Assembly: GCA_013265495.1 (NCBI GenBank)
Contig: MU058451.1
Location: 1,402,167-1,466,166 of the forward strand
Direction: 5' to 3'
Source of the DNA: Vicugna vicugna
Lineage: Eukaryota
DNA: 64,000 bases
In this document: positions 34,712 through 46,510 of the stretch, in pieces
How the letters are laid out: each line of letters starts with the position of its first letter
Position numbering within the stretch: the first letter of the stretch is position 1
Program-made: the position numbers and the translations under genes
The notes under the pieces: model-generated
The model's input: the letters and a program-made list of their open reading frames with translations, nothing else
Database searches by the model: none
What the model was told of the DNA's origin: nothing

Positions 34712-35212
34712 CTCTGGAGAAAGACACTGTGGCCACTGCTCCTGACTCACCACAGTTCCTTCCTGCCGAGGAAGAAGTCAGTCAGGAAATCATGCCACAG
34801 TCACGTGGCAGCCACGGCTTTTACCGATACTAGAAAGACACTGGTGGAACCGGACGTGGTGGTTCACTGAATAAGAATTACCCTAACTGTCCCCCACGTA
34901 AATTCCCTGGGGAAGGTGTGTGCTGACTTGATCAGAGGCTCAAAGGAAAAGAACAGTAAAGTGAAAAGATGGGTTTGGATGTCTTCCGAGATTGAGAATC
35001 ATTATGAGAAAAACTCTTCATGGTGAAGGTTCTAAGACTTGCCGCATTTCCAGATGAGGATCTGTAAGCGATACACTGTCTTGTACAGCCCTTCCAAGCA
35101 TGTTAAGCAGATTACTTCTGTCCTTTTTGAGCCAGGAGTAGAGATTGAAGTCATCATTGTAGTTGCTTACATCGACTATTTTAATAAGTTGATTATTGGT
35201 TGTTTAAAAAAG
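34712..35212 (+). pseudogene. RPS20: Processed pseudogene of ribosomal protein S20
   Basis: Intronless. 5' UTR CTGCTCCTGACTCACC...GTCAGGAA, start codon mutated to ACG at 34814. Reads (M)[45 protein letters not shown]...[17 protein letters not shown]...[22 protein letters not shown] across indels. Followed by a 3' UTR with degenerate AATAAG and an A-run. Confidence 0.95.
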
Positions 35213-35499
35213 AGATTAAATAATAAGTAACTGTAGGAGATAAAATAGAATCATAAAATCATTCAGAGAAGGGAGAAAGTAAACAAAAAAGCAAGAAAGA
35301 CCAAATAGAACAAGTCGAAAACAGCAAGGAAGTAGATTTTAGTCCAGCCGTAACAATAATCACTTTAAATGTCTAAATACATCAGTAAAAAGGCAAAGAT
35401 TGCTAGACTGGATTTAGAAAGAAGACTCGGTTATGTGTTGTCTATGGAAGACTCACTTTAAGTATAGAGAGATAAATAGATTGAAAGTAAAAGCAAATA

Positions 35500-36131
35500 C
35501 AGGTTACCCCCTCTATCCAAAAATAGAGCGTTCCTGTGAAACCTCTCATAAGCCAAAATGGCTTACAGCGAAGAAGCAGTTGCCTTAGGACACATCTTGC
35601 TAACAGATGCAAAAATTAAATTGAGATAAAGCACAGATGCTCATGGGCACATTTCAAAGCTGCGGCAGCTTGATGCTGAGATGCTGAAGGTCTCTTGGGG
35701 AAGGAGCTTGGTGGTGCCCTCTCACTGCTGGGGGTGTGCTACCTCTATGCTGCAAAAAATGCTGAACACTAGTTCTTTTTTATTGAAGCATAGTTAATTT
35801 ACAATATTAGTTTCGGATGTACAACACAGTGATTCAATATTTTTATAGATTATACTTCATTTAAAGTTATTACAAAATAATAGCTGTATTCCCCTGTGCA
35901 CTACAATATATCCTCGCTACTTATTTATTTTATATGTAGTAGTTTGTATCTCTTAGTCTTCTACCCCTGTCTTGCCCCTCACCCCTTTCCTCTCTGCTTT
36001 TGCTTTTTGCCATTTTTACAAAAGCAAAACTCCTCTGCAGATTCTTTCAGTTAGCAAAAACAGGCACTAATATAGGTCTTTCATAAAAAGGAGGTGGTGT
36101 AAAGCAAACTTTCAAAAAGCAAAGGACACCT
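35500..36131 (+). mobile_element. MER6/MER6A-like Tigger DNA transposon, split by an L1 fragment
   Basis: CAGGTTACCCCCTCTATCCAAAAATAGAGCGTTCCTGTGAAACC ... GTAAAGCAAACTTTCAAAAAGCAAAGGACACC. Confidence 0.75.
35775..35995 (-). mobile_element. L1 3' end inserted in the MER6-like element
   Basis: TTTTTTATTGAAGCATAGTTAATTTACAATATTAGTTTCGGATGTACAACACAGTGATTC... Confidence 0.8.
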
Positions 36132-38029
36132 TACCAATCAAAGGCTGTCACCCATCTGCCCCACCCCCCCGCACACGAAAACAAAAACGATAAACAAAGC
36201 TAGATTAGCTACATTAAATTCAGTCAAAGTAGACTTCAGAAAAAGGAGTATTATCAGAAATAAAGTAGAAGATTACATAATGATAAAGTGGAAGGTTCTA
36301 CAAGTGGACATAGCAGTCCTAAAGGTGTACACACCTAATACCAGAGCTTCAGAATACAATGAGAGAAAAACTGATGAATCTGAGAGGACAAATAGACAAA
36401 CCGATAGTTATCAGTGGTGACTTGAACATGCCTTTATAGTTATTGATAGAACAAGTAGGCAGAAACCAATAGGAATATAAATGGCCTGAACAACATTATC
36501 AACCAACTTGACAAAATTGACATTTATCACACCACCAGCAAACTTCAGAATACACATTCTTCTTAAGTGCACATATTTTGTGACCCATATTCTGGGTCAC
36601 AAAATAAACTAACAAATTTAGAAGAACAGATGTGATACCAAGTATGTTCTCAGGTCATTTAAAAATTATATTAGAAATCAATGAAATAAATATGTCTGGA
36701 AGATTGCCAAATATTTTGAAATTAAGCAATATGAATCCAAAAAGAGGTCTCAAAGGAAATTTTAAAATATTTTGAACTCTCAACAATAGGAAAATAAACA
36801 AGCCAATTAAAGCAGGGCAAATGACCTTAATAGAAACCTCATCAAAGAAAATATACGGATGCAAATAAGCATATGAAAAGATGCTCAACATCATTTGTCA
36901 TTAGGAAGTTTCACATTAAAACCATTACATGCCTATTCAAATGGATAAAATTAGAAAAAAAAAAACCAAAACAACCCTGACAATACTAATTGCTGGCCAG
37001 GATGAATAACAAGAACTCTCACTATTTGTGGGAATGCAAAATAATACAGCTACTTTGAGAGACAATTTGGCAATTTCTTACAAAGCTAAATATAGTCTTA
37101 TTATACAACACCCCTTCCTACCAATCAGATTCCTAGGTATTTATCCAATCGATTTTAAAACATGTCCACACAAAAGTTTGCACATGAAAAACGGACATTG
37201 TATCATCCTTTAGGCTATAGTAACTTCTGAAAAAAATTTTGTGTTGCTGGATTAGATAGTATATGCACATATATATGTGCATCATATGTAAAACACACAC
37301 ACACACATATATATATAAAATCAAGAAGAATAAGATATCTTGAACATACACCTCTACAGTTCAGAAAAAGTGAAATAGATAAATCACAAATCACAGATTT
37401 TACTGTTTGTTGTAGTACAAAGTGGTTAAAGAGAATCATTCCTGGAATTTTTTTTTCTTGTCTATATATTACCTGGAGATTAAGTAGATTTATTACCTGG
37501 GCTCTAAGTAGTGAATTAACATATGAAATGAAAGGTTTGAACCCAGCTAGGGTAAAAGCCAAGAAGCTGGCCACCATTATTCCCTCACTCGCTATGAATT
37601 TCCTCCTTCAAATTCCTGGAACTTTGTGTTTTAATTTGGTAGGTAGATTGGGAGATTATGTTTAAACCATTAAGGGATTTTAACTGGAGAAAGATGAGAG
37701 CTGAGGGGTAATTGTTCCTGGATGACAGTACAAGGTGCTATCAAGCATTCAGCTTCAACTTGGATAATCATTTATTTTCTCTGCATCTAAAGTGCCAGCT
37801 GTAATCCTAATCAATTACGTGTTCCTTTCCTGTTACTTTTTCGTTTTCTTTTTCTAATAGAGTGACTGGGGCTTTGGTGGGAGGGGGGAGCTGAGAGGCA
37901 TAAAAACCCTATTAGTCATAGAGAATTATTTGTTGTATAGAATTACTTATTACCGATGGTGAACTGTTTTTATGGGCCATTTACTAAGACTTGGAAATGA
38001 TTTACCTGGTGTAGGAGGAAGGCCATGGA

Positions 38030-38230
38030 CACTGTACAGAAAGACCTGGCTTAGAATCTCAGTGCGCTCACTTACTACTTACATAATCCTTGGCAAGTCC
38101 ACCTCTTTGAGCCTCAGTTTCCTTTTCTCCATGGTGGGGATAATAATTCCTGTCTTAATGGAGCTGTTGTGAAGAGTAAGTGAGCTCATATGATAATGTA
38201 CGTGGTAGCCACTTAATGCATTCTCGTTTT
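38030..38230. mobile_element. MIR SINE
   Basis: CCTTGGCAAGTCCACCTCTTTGAGCCTCAGTTTCCTTTTCTCCATGGTGGGGATAATAAT. Confidence 0.75.
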
Positions 38231-39129
38231 CCTTCCTTTATGACGCCTCACACTTCTGTCCACAGGCTCATTCCCCCTGCTCCTTCTGGCTCTCGAGGGT
38301 CCTGCACTATGTCCCCACTGTGTCTGTTCTGCAACCCTTCTTTCATCCCAGGAAAAACAGCTCAGCTGTAGTCCTCCAGGCTCCTGCAGGTCTCAGCATG
38401 CTGACGACTGTCACTCCTCCTCTCCTGCCTGCTCTAATGGTCATTGAGTGCAATGTTAAACTCTGTGGATGTATGTTTACTTACTTAATTAGCAATTAAT
38501 AACATAATTAATCATGTCTACTTAAACTCCACAACTATGTTATCCCTATTTTACAGATGAGGTGACGAGACTTAAATGAGATTTCCCTCAGGTCACATAA
38601 CTAGCTAATATGACACAACCTGTCCACTCTTGGTTGGCTCCAAGTTACCCAAAGAACCCAACATCAGCTTCTCAGGATGGAATACAGTTCTGTTCCTGGT
38701 GGGGTCTCCTGTCCCTCCACTCTAAGCTTCAGCCATGCTCAGAGCCATTCCCTAAGCATTCCATGCTCTTCCATGCTTCCCGCCTTTCCACGTGCTCTTC
38801 TTTCAGCCTGCAGTGCCTTAGTCTTCTTTTTCCAACCATCTAATAACCTTTGGCTTCTGTCTTGTAGCCTGGTGAAGATGTCAGCCCTCTGTGAATCCTT
38901 CCTGCCTTGTTGTAGGCCCTTCAACTTCTGTAGCCCATGGCACAAACTCATAATTATAGCACTTTTCATACTCTTTGGAAATCAGTAATTCATCTGTTCC
39001 TTTTACTGTACTATTATTTACCCTATACTATTATACTGTACTAGTATTATCCTTCGGCTGCTGGCAAGGAGAAGAATTTTTGCCTCCTAGTTGGTGTTTA
39101 ATAATGATTTGTGTGTGTGCATGCATTTA

Positions 39130-40010
39130 GTTGAAATTTCTATTAAGATCATTTTAATTCACGTGCAGTTATAAGAAATAATAGAGAGCCCTAGTATATG
39201 TTGCCCATTTTCCTCCAGTACTAACATTTTGTAAAACTATAGTGTAACATCAACCCCTGACTTTGTTCAGATTTTCCCAGTTTTACTTGGAATCATTTGT
39301 GTGTGTGTGTGTGTGTGTGTATTAAAATTATGTTAAAATTTATCACCCATGTAGGTTTGTGTATCCGTCACCGCAATAAAAATATCGAGCAGTTCCAATA
39401 CCACAGGGGTTTCTCCTGTGCCCTTTTAGACTCACATCCATGGTCTTCTGTCCCTTGCCCATTTCCCTCGACCTCCTGAACCTCTGACAACCATCTGTCG
39501 GTCCTCCATTTCTAAAATTTTGTCATTTCAAAAATGTTACATAAATGGACTCATACAGTACTTAATCTTTGGGACCTGGCTATCTTAACTCAGTGTAAAT
39601 CCCTGAACATTCATCCGAGTTGTTGCATTTGTTAATAGTGGATCCCTTTTTATTGCATTGTAGCGTTATGTGGCATGTCTACACTGCATTTTATTTAAAC
39701 ATTCACCTGATGAAGGACATCTGGGCTGACTCCAGTTTGGGACTATTATGAATAAAGCTGCTATGAACATTCATGTTCAGATTTTTAGGTGACCATAAAT
39801 TTCATTTTCCCTGGGATAAATACTCAAGAGTGCAAATGCTGGATGAGATGGTGATTGCATGTTTAGTTTCTTAATTGTTGGCCAAATTGTTTTCCAGAGT
39901 AGCTGTACCATCTCGCATTCCCACCAATAATGCTTGAGTGGTTCAATTTCTCTGAATCCCAGTCAGCATTTGGTAGTGCCATTATTTTTTATTTTGGCCG
40001 TTCTGATCTC
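39130..40010 (-). mobile_element. Old L1M 3' fragment
   Basis: CATTCACCTGATGAAGGACATCTGGGCTG...ATGAATAAAGCTGCTATGAACATTCATG...CATTCCCACCAATAATG. Confidence 0.8.
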
Positions 40011-40460
40011 TCTCTCTCTCCCTCCCTCCTTCCCTCCCTCCTTACCCCACCCCCCATTTCCCATCTTCCCTCCATCCTTCCTTTCTTTTCTTCATTCTGA
40101 GAATTATCCCTCCTTCATTGTGTGTAGTCTTCTACTGTGAGGGCATTTTTAGGTAAATGCTCACTTCCCTCCATGGGTATTTATTTTCTTGCCTCCTGTA
40201 CGTAGCTAAGTTGCTTACATGAAAGGGAAGGCAGGGGCCTTTTATTTTGGCTGAGGTGCTGAGCACTCTTCCTGCTGTGGCTCCTCCTTTTCAGCACCGA
40301 CAGTTCCTTCTTACTCCCGAACTTGTTTCTCCAAACACCCTGCTAGGAGAACTTCAGTATGTTTTCACAAATTAATCTTTGTTTCGTTTAGCCAGATCTG
40401 TTGCTAGCAGCTTTGAATCTGGGTTGATATAATTTGTTTTGTTAAATGTAAATGATTTTA

Positions 40461-41135
40461 GTGACGCCATTATGGAAAACAACATGACAATTCCTTAAAA
40501 AATTACCATATGATCCAGCAATCCCCCTCCTGGGCGTATATCTGGAGGAAATTCTTTATTCAAAAAGATACATGCACCTCAGTGTCCATAGCAGCATTAT
40601 TTACAGTAGCCAAGATGTGGAGGCAACCTAAATGTCCATTGACGAATGGATAAAGAAGATGTGGTGTGTATATAAATGTGTGTGTATATATGAAATACTA
40701 CTCAGCCATAAAAAAGAATGAAATAATGCCATTTTCGGCAACGTGGATGGACCTAGAGATTATCATACAAAGTGAAGTAAGCCAGAAAGAGAAAGGAAAA
40801 TACCGTATGGTATTACTTATATGTGGAATCTAAAAAAATGACAGATGAACTTATTTACAAAACAGAAACAGATCAACAGACATTAAGATACAAACTTATG
40901 GTTACCAGAGGGGAAAAAGGATGGGGTAGGGACAAACTGAGAGTTTGAGATTTGCAGATACTATCTACTACATATGAAACAGATAAACAACAAGGTCTTA
41001 CTGTATATAGCACAGGCAATTATATTTACTATCTTGTAATAGCCTATAATGAAAAAGAATATGAGAAGGAATATGTGTATATATAACAACTGCATCACTG
41101 TGCTCTGCACCAGAAACTAAATTTAAAAAGTAAAT
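40461..41135 (+). mobile_element. Young 5'-truncated cetartiodactyl-type L1 with perfect 17-bp TSD
   Basis: TSD AAATGTAAATGATTTTA at 40444-40460 and 41136-41152. L1 ORF2 end and 3' UTR (TACCATATGATCCAGCAATCCCCCTCCTGGGC...). Confidence 0.93.
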
Positions 41136-42367
41136 AAATGTAAATGATTTTAATAACTAGTCATAGTAGAATATTTAACATGCATTTCAGTGTCTCTTCT
41201 TAGTGATATAAACACGTGGAACCATTACCTAATGTGGAATAGTGCTAAGTATAAAAGACAAATAGTGTAGGTTCAGAGGGAGAACTATTATATTTACCTG
41301 AGTGGAGATGGGGAGAGGAAATTAGGAAAAGCTTTATGGAGGATGTAGAATTTGAGTTAGGTCTTAAAAAATAAATAGCATTTGGACAAATTATAATCCA
41401 CATTGAATAGCCATTTGCTGAGTTTTGGTTTTATTTTCATCCAAATAGGCAACATAATATTTATTGACCATCTTTTCTGCATTTTCACTACTTCCCCATT
41501 TACCCATGCTAGATACATAGAAAATAGATCCTGTGCTCTAACACAGTCTGATCACCTTTGATTAGTGTAAGTGTATCCCTGTCTGCCCTGAAAGAGTGAT
41601 GGCAATTGTGGTGGAACTGAATTGTCAGGACTGGGGAAGAGGACACAGTCTAATATATTAGTACTAGGTACTTTACAAGACAATACTCAGATTTTTTTGT
41701 TTTGTTTTTATGATTATTGGTTTTTTTTAAGCTTTTTTTAAAACATACTGAGCTTTATCTAGTTGAAAAACAAGATGGAGATATGAATTTAGAAAGTATA
41801 TATTTGAATATGCTGGCAGGAATTGCATCACTCCAAGGGGACCTACCCACCCGTGCCATGCTGATGGGTGGTAAGGAGCAGTATCAATGAATAGAGCATA
41901 AAGTAAACTTGAGCTATCCTGTGTTTATCAGAGTATAAGCAACATTCGTAACTCGAAGCAAAAGCAGTAGAATATGAAGGTTAAAGTAAAAGAAACAGAT
42001 ACAGAGTCAGATTTGTTCTTCTCTATTGCAGTCCCTCCCAGAATACCTACCTGAATGCCACAGCATAGCCAGGAGGAAGAGCTCACGGAAGTTTCTCATG
42101 GTGGAGCCTCACACGTGGTAAAACCTAGGTAGAAGAAACACGTCTGCTAATTACCCAGTCCAGGAAAACCCAGGTAATAATTTTTGTATTGACCAAACTG
42201 CTTTATTAGTGTTATTTTTTGTTTGTTCTGTGATAACTGTGAGACGTCTGATATTTTTTGTTGCTATTTTAGCTGCTACATTAAGTAAAAAAGAAAGAAT
42301 TCCCAAATGTGTGATAACAAGTTGAAAACATTTCTAAATAATTAGAGAGGAAGGAGTGATTTTTAAG

Positions 42368-42535
42368 TCCACTCAGGAGGCATCCAGAACAGCTGGAGGC
42401 TGCGCCTGAGTCCTAAAAAGCTGATAAAATAACCCACAGGCAAACCAGTGAGCTGAGGATGAGCACTGAGCAAGTCACTTTGATGAACTTCACACCTGTT
42501 GTGGAGACCAGCTAGCTTCCTGCCTTTGCCTTTCT
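42368..42535 (+). pseudogene. Relic exon of a BTBD8-like gene: BACK-like helical region
   Basis: EQLEAAPES*KADKITHRQTSELRMSTEQVTLMNFTPVVETS, then SFLPL after a +1 shift, versus BTBD8 [47 protein letters not shown]. 42444-42512 aligns without gaps. Confidence 0.55.
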
Positions 42536-43049
42536 TCCACTCGCATATGTTTGGTAATATTTTGCATATGTTGATAGACTCCATGGAAAGATTTGTTGGG
42601 TCTTTCACCCTCTGTCCCTGGTGGTCCTAATGGGCACGGATACTCTGGCAAAGCAAGGAGGGAAAAGAGGAAAAAGTTGGCCATGATAAAAACAAATAAT
42701 GGAATTCATGTCCATCTGGAGAAGTTTTAATGGCACATGTGTCTCAGGCTAAAAAAAAAAAAGACTAAATAAGTTTTAGCCATTTAGGGGTCTGCATCTT
42801 GCTAGAAAATGGGAAGCCATCAACTAGGACTTGGTGTCAGATGCTGAGGATGCAAAGAATTGCTAGAATTCTTGGTTGCTCTCAAGTTTCAGTGCGCAGA
42901 GTGAGGTCCCAGCGGGGAGGTGCACACAGGAACGAGTGCCCTCCAGGTCTCACCTGCCTAGTGGGGAAAAGTAACAAGCCCCAGTGAGGACAGCCGAGGG
43001 AAGGGTCATGCGAAGAGTGATTGTCTTCTCACTTCAAGTTCATACTGGA

Positions 43050-43480
43050 CAGACCACGAGGCGGTTAACCCAACATCCATTCCCAGTTGCCTACTTCTCC
43101 GAGAGCAGCTGGTGGGAGAGCTGAGCGCCTACTTTGACAGCCTCTCCTACGGCTTGGGGCGGACATGAGATATGTGCAGAAACTGCTGTGGAGTGGGGAG
43201 TGGGGGCGAAGAGTGTGGGGTTCTCGAAAAACTTTTGCTTTCCCATTAAGAGGGGCAGCGGTGGCTTCTTTCTATCTCAAGTGGGGATGTGCTGCAGGAG
43301 CTGGGGGCAACTCTCTTATAAAGGAGAGGAAGGTGTTCAGAATCATTGTCCCTGACGTTGAGCTGCTGGCCTAACACCAGTCTTGGCCTACGTGCAGAGT
43401 TCTCATGATGTGAGAGAAATAAACCCCTATTTGTTGAGACTGCATAAAACTATTTTGATACTTCCTGTTGAAACGTCCTT
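43050..43480. mobile_element. Old MLT1 (MaLR) LTR
   Basis: CCCAACATCCATTCCC...AAAACTTTTGCTTTCCC...TGTGAGAGAAATAAACCCCTATTTGTT. Confidence 0.65.
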
Positions 43481-43574
43481 ACCTTACCTTACGACGTGTA
43501 TTTCGTCTGAGTTTTCTCTCAATTAAAACTTCTATGCAGTAACTTGCAGTAAGTGTCGTAGTCCTGTGTCCCAG

Positions 43575-43715
43575 GTATTTCTGGGTCGGTGAGGGAGGGC
43601 AGCGGAACCTCTTGACAACATGCTGTGAAACCAGCTGGAGGAATTAATAAGATATCGCTTGTATGGATGAGCTCAAATGCGACGGCGCGTTATCCAGAAA
43701 TGATCTCACTGACTC
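43575..43715 (+). pseudogene. Possible further relic exon of the BTBD8-like gene
   Basis: Acceptor TCCTGTGTCCCAG|. RNLLTT...CMDELKCDGALSRNDLT versus ADLLDT...ALDTLLNSDSTKEMGFT; weak match. Confidence 0.3.
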
Positions 43716-46139
43716 ACTGTTGATTTTTTCTGAATTGTTTTCCCAATAATTTGATAAATTAATGATTCCTCCACTATAAGGTCATTTCCATTCCTGTGGT
43801 TTGGGGTAGTCTGTGCCCCTGGTACTGTTGAAGCTAGCGGATGCTTCCAGATGAGGTCAGTGGGGGACACTTGGTATAGAGAAGAAGACACAGAGAACAA
43901 AGTCTGTGAGAGTGAGAAAGTGAGAGTTGTGGGAAGATTGGAACAGGGCTTCCAAAAATGTGCTCAATTCTGTTTTCTCTTAGTTAATATTTCCGGAATG
44001 TTTTAGATGAAATAGCATTATTAATTTCAAAATAACAGTCTCATCTCTCTTATTCTTGGTTTATTTTAGAGTCAAAGCCTAAAATTGAATCACCCCAAGG
44101 GAAACTTCCAAAATTTGCATCCCCTGTCTTCCATCCCCACCCTTGCCCACATTCAAAAAGGACAAGAAACATACTGAAGTGTGTCTGATCTTACGAGCTT
44201 GGTGGGTCTGTTTCCAAGCAGAAGTGTGGGGGATCAAGTTGGGTGATCTGAACCTTTAGAAAAAGGGGTGGTAACCAGTAAATTTTACATTTCGCTAAGT
44301 GTGATGGAAACAACATAAAACAGGTGCCTCTCAAATGAAGGCCTGAAATCTGCAAGGCTTTTTTTTCCATTCAGCTTAACTGGAATGGTTTTTTCCTGTG
44401 TCAGACTTGGTAGGGGGCTTAGAAATTGAGTTCTTTGTTCTGGGGATATTGTCCCCGGCAATGAGGCAGGGGCCAAACAGCAATCAGGTTGGAAAGTTAA
44501 AGTTGACTGAAAGTGTCTTCTAAAACTATATTATTTCTGGTCTTCTTCCCTGCAAGTCAAATAAATCTTCAGAACTCTTCACATTTCAAACATAATATTT
44601 TTTCATGTCCACAAACTGATTTTTGAAGCTCGTGAGTATCCTTGCTGCATGTGTGTGGCTCTTCTGTCTGTACACTGTTTCCCAGCCATGTTATTAGTCA
44701 TGCTTTCTGAGAACCCCGAGGGTGAACTCATATCGTTAACCTGGTTTAATCCTTAAGAAAACTGGCAGAGACTTATCAGAGGCCAGCTCTGTCAGCTCTT
44801 GGAATGGTGACATGTGGCAAATGGCTGAATCGTTCTGTACACTATGTTTTTAATGAGTTTTTAAAACATATCCTAGTTAAAAAAAGAAGACCCCACAGCT
44901 TAGCTATGCTGCCACTTCAGATATCTGAGTCTCATATCTCATATAATATCTCATATAGCTCAGATTTTTTTAGCTTTAGCTACTTCCTGATTTAGAGTTG
45001 ATATAGACCATTTTGTGTGTGTGGATTAGGTAACATCCCTAGAAGATGATACACTTACATACAGGACCCTTTCCAGAAACAATGCTCCAGTTCCAACTAG
45101 GTGTAGAAGGAAAGCCCTAACCTTGCTTCCTTATCTAGAAAACTGGAAACTATTCTGTTAGCTGGGGATTTTGACCTACCATTGACACCTAGTATAAGAG
45201 ACACACTGAATGTAACTAAGTTCCCCGAAGCTGGCTGGGAGCAGGACAGACGAGGGGATGGATGTGTTATGGAAAGTTGGGAAAGCCAGTGGCTTTCACC
45301 TCTGTTACCCTGAAGATGGACTGTTATTTTGACTTCTCTCGGGACTATTTGGCATTTAGCTCAGTGAAGGATGGTTTTAGAATCGGGGTGACTGGGGAGA
45401 AAGTAAAGAGCTAGATTCTTAGGTGCTCAGTTTCGTAATTTTTCAGGCTTCTCGACGTGTGTACGCCGGGAGTCAGGACCACATTGAGACTGCTTGTATT
45501 GCCTTTAGTGGGGCTCAGAACTGTCTAGAGAAAGCATCCACCAAAGTCGTGATTTGGGGAGGAGGAAGATTTGGCAACTAATTTTAAGGCTTCCACTTAC
45601 ATTGAACTTCTCTTCTATGAGTTAATAAACTATCCACATTTGACAACATCATTCTTTCTGATCTAACAAGTCCCTATCAGCTCATTAATGCTGTATTTGT
45701 AGGAAACACAATGATAAACATTTTCTAATTTTGTTTCCAATCTGTAAAACGCAGAGTGCTGTAGAAATCAAATTGTTGATGTGATTATGCAAGTACGAAG
45801 TTGGGGATTTTTTGATACCAGATATTGTTGTATTACTAGAACATTTATTAGGGGAGTTGGGGAGGGAGCAGGTGTGATCCAAAAATGTGAGAGCACATGA
45901 ACTTTCTATCTCTGGATTTCTCTTTACACTAGGAGTGAATGGTTCATTCTAAGGAACTGGAATTTAGCTGTTTGTTTTTGCTTTGTTTGTAAAGCACAAG
46001 CTCTTTGTTTCTGAGCATCAGAATGGGCACTTACCCCAATGCAGTGTTTCTTAAATCTCAGTTAATCCAAGACCTATAAGAAAAGTATGTTTATATTGGG
46101 TGATAACTCTGAAGAGTTTGATTTTCCAATGTTTCTTTT

Positions 46140-46510
46140 GAAGTTGAAATATGTATTAGAACATTGGGAAAAGAAATACAGGAAAGGGAGACAGCCAGGA
46201 AAGGGTGAGTTATGAAGGCAGCCACCAGTGTGGACGACTGGAGCTTAATTCTATGGCAGAAGCCCTGGGGAATGGTGCGTGGTCTTGAAATAATTCCTTC
46301 GAGGAGGTGAGGAAGCTTGAATACCTGTACACCAGCTCCCATCATTGTTGGCTGAGTGTCAGTTCCTGGCACTGGTATTTCCATGGTTCTGGCAAGAGTC
46401 CCCTGGCACTGAGAGGCGAGGCAGGCCCTGGCCATTGGATGTTGTCTGGAGGAACTGAATAGTGGGGCTCAAGGACTTTGAGTGGGACACTGACAGTGTC
46501 TGGTACGATG
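46140..46510. mobile_element. Old ERVL LTR (LTR16-like)
   Basis: AGGAAAGGGAGACAGCCAGGAAAGGGTGAGTTATG...CTGGAGCTTAATTC...TACACCAGCTCCCATCATTGTTGGCTGAG. Confidence 0.5.

Larger units (their letters stand above)
32510..37200 (+). mobile_element. Old L1M (5' region, ORF1, ORF2 endonuclease and 3' remnants), interrupted
   Basis: ORF1-type text (CAACAGAAATTACCCAAAGTGAAAC; AAAATATTTGAAGAAATAATG) and ORF2 remnants (AAAGTAGACTTCAGA; AAAAGATGCTCAACATCATTTGTCATTAGG). Confidence 0.75.

Noticed and set aside
44800..44860. GDMWQMAESFCTL resembling RDKLWIFLVQSFYAV
   Set aside because: It needs two gaps in 15 residues and has no clear splice sites.
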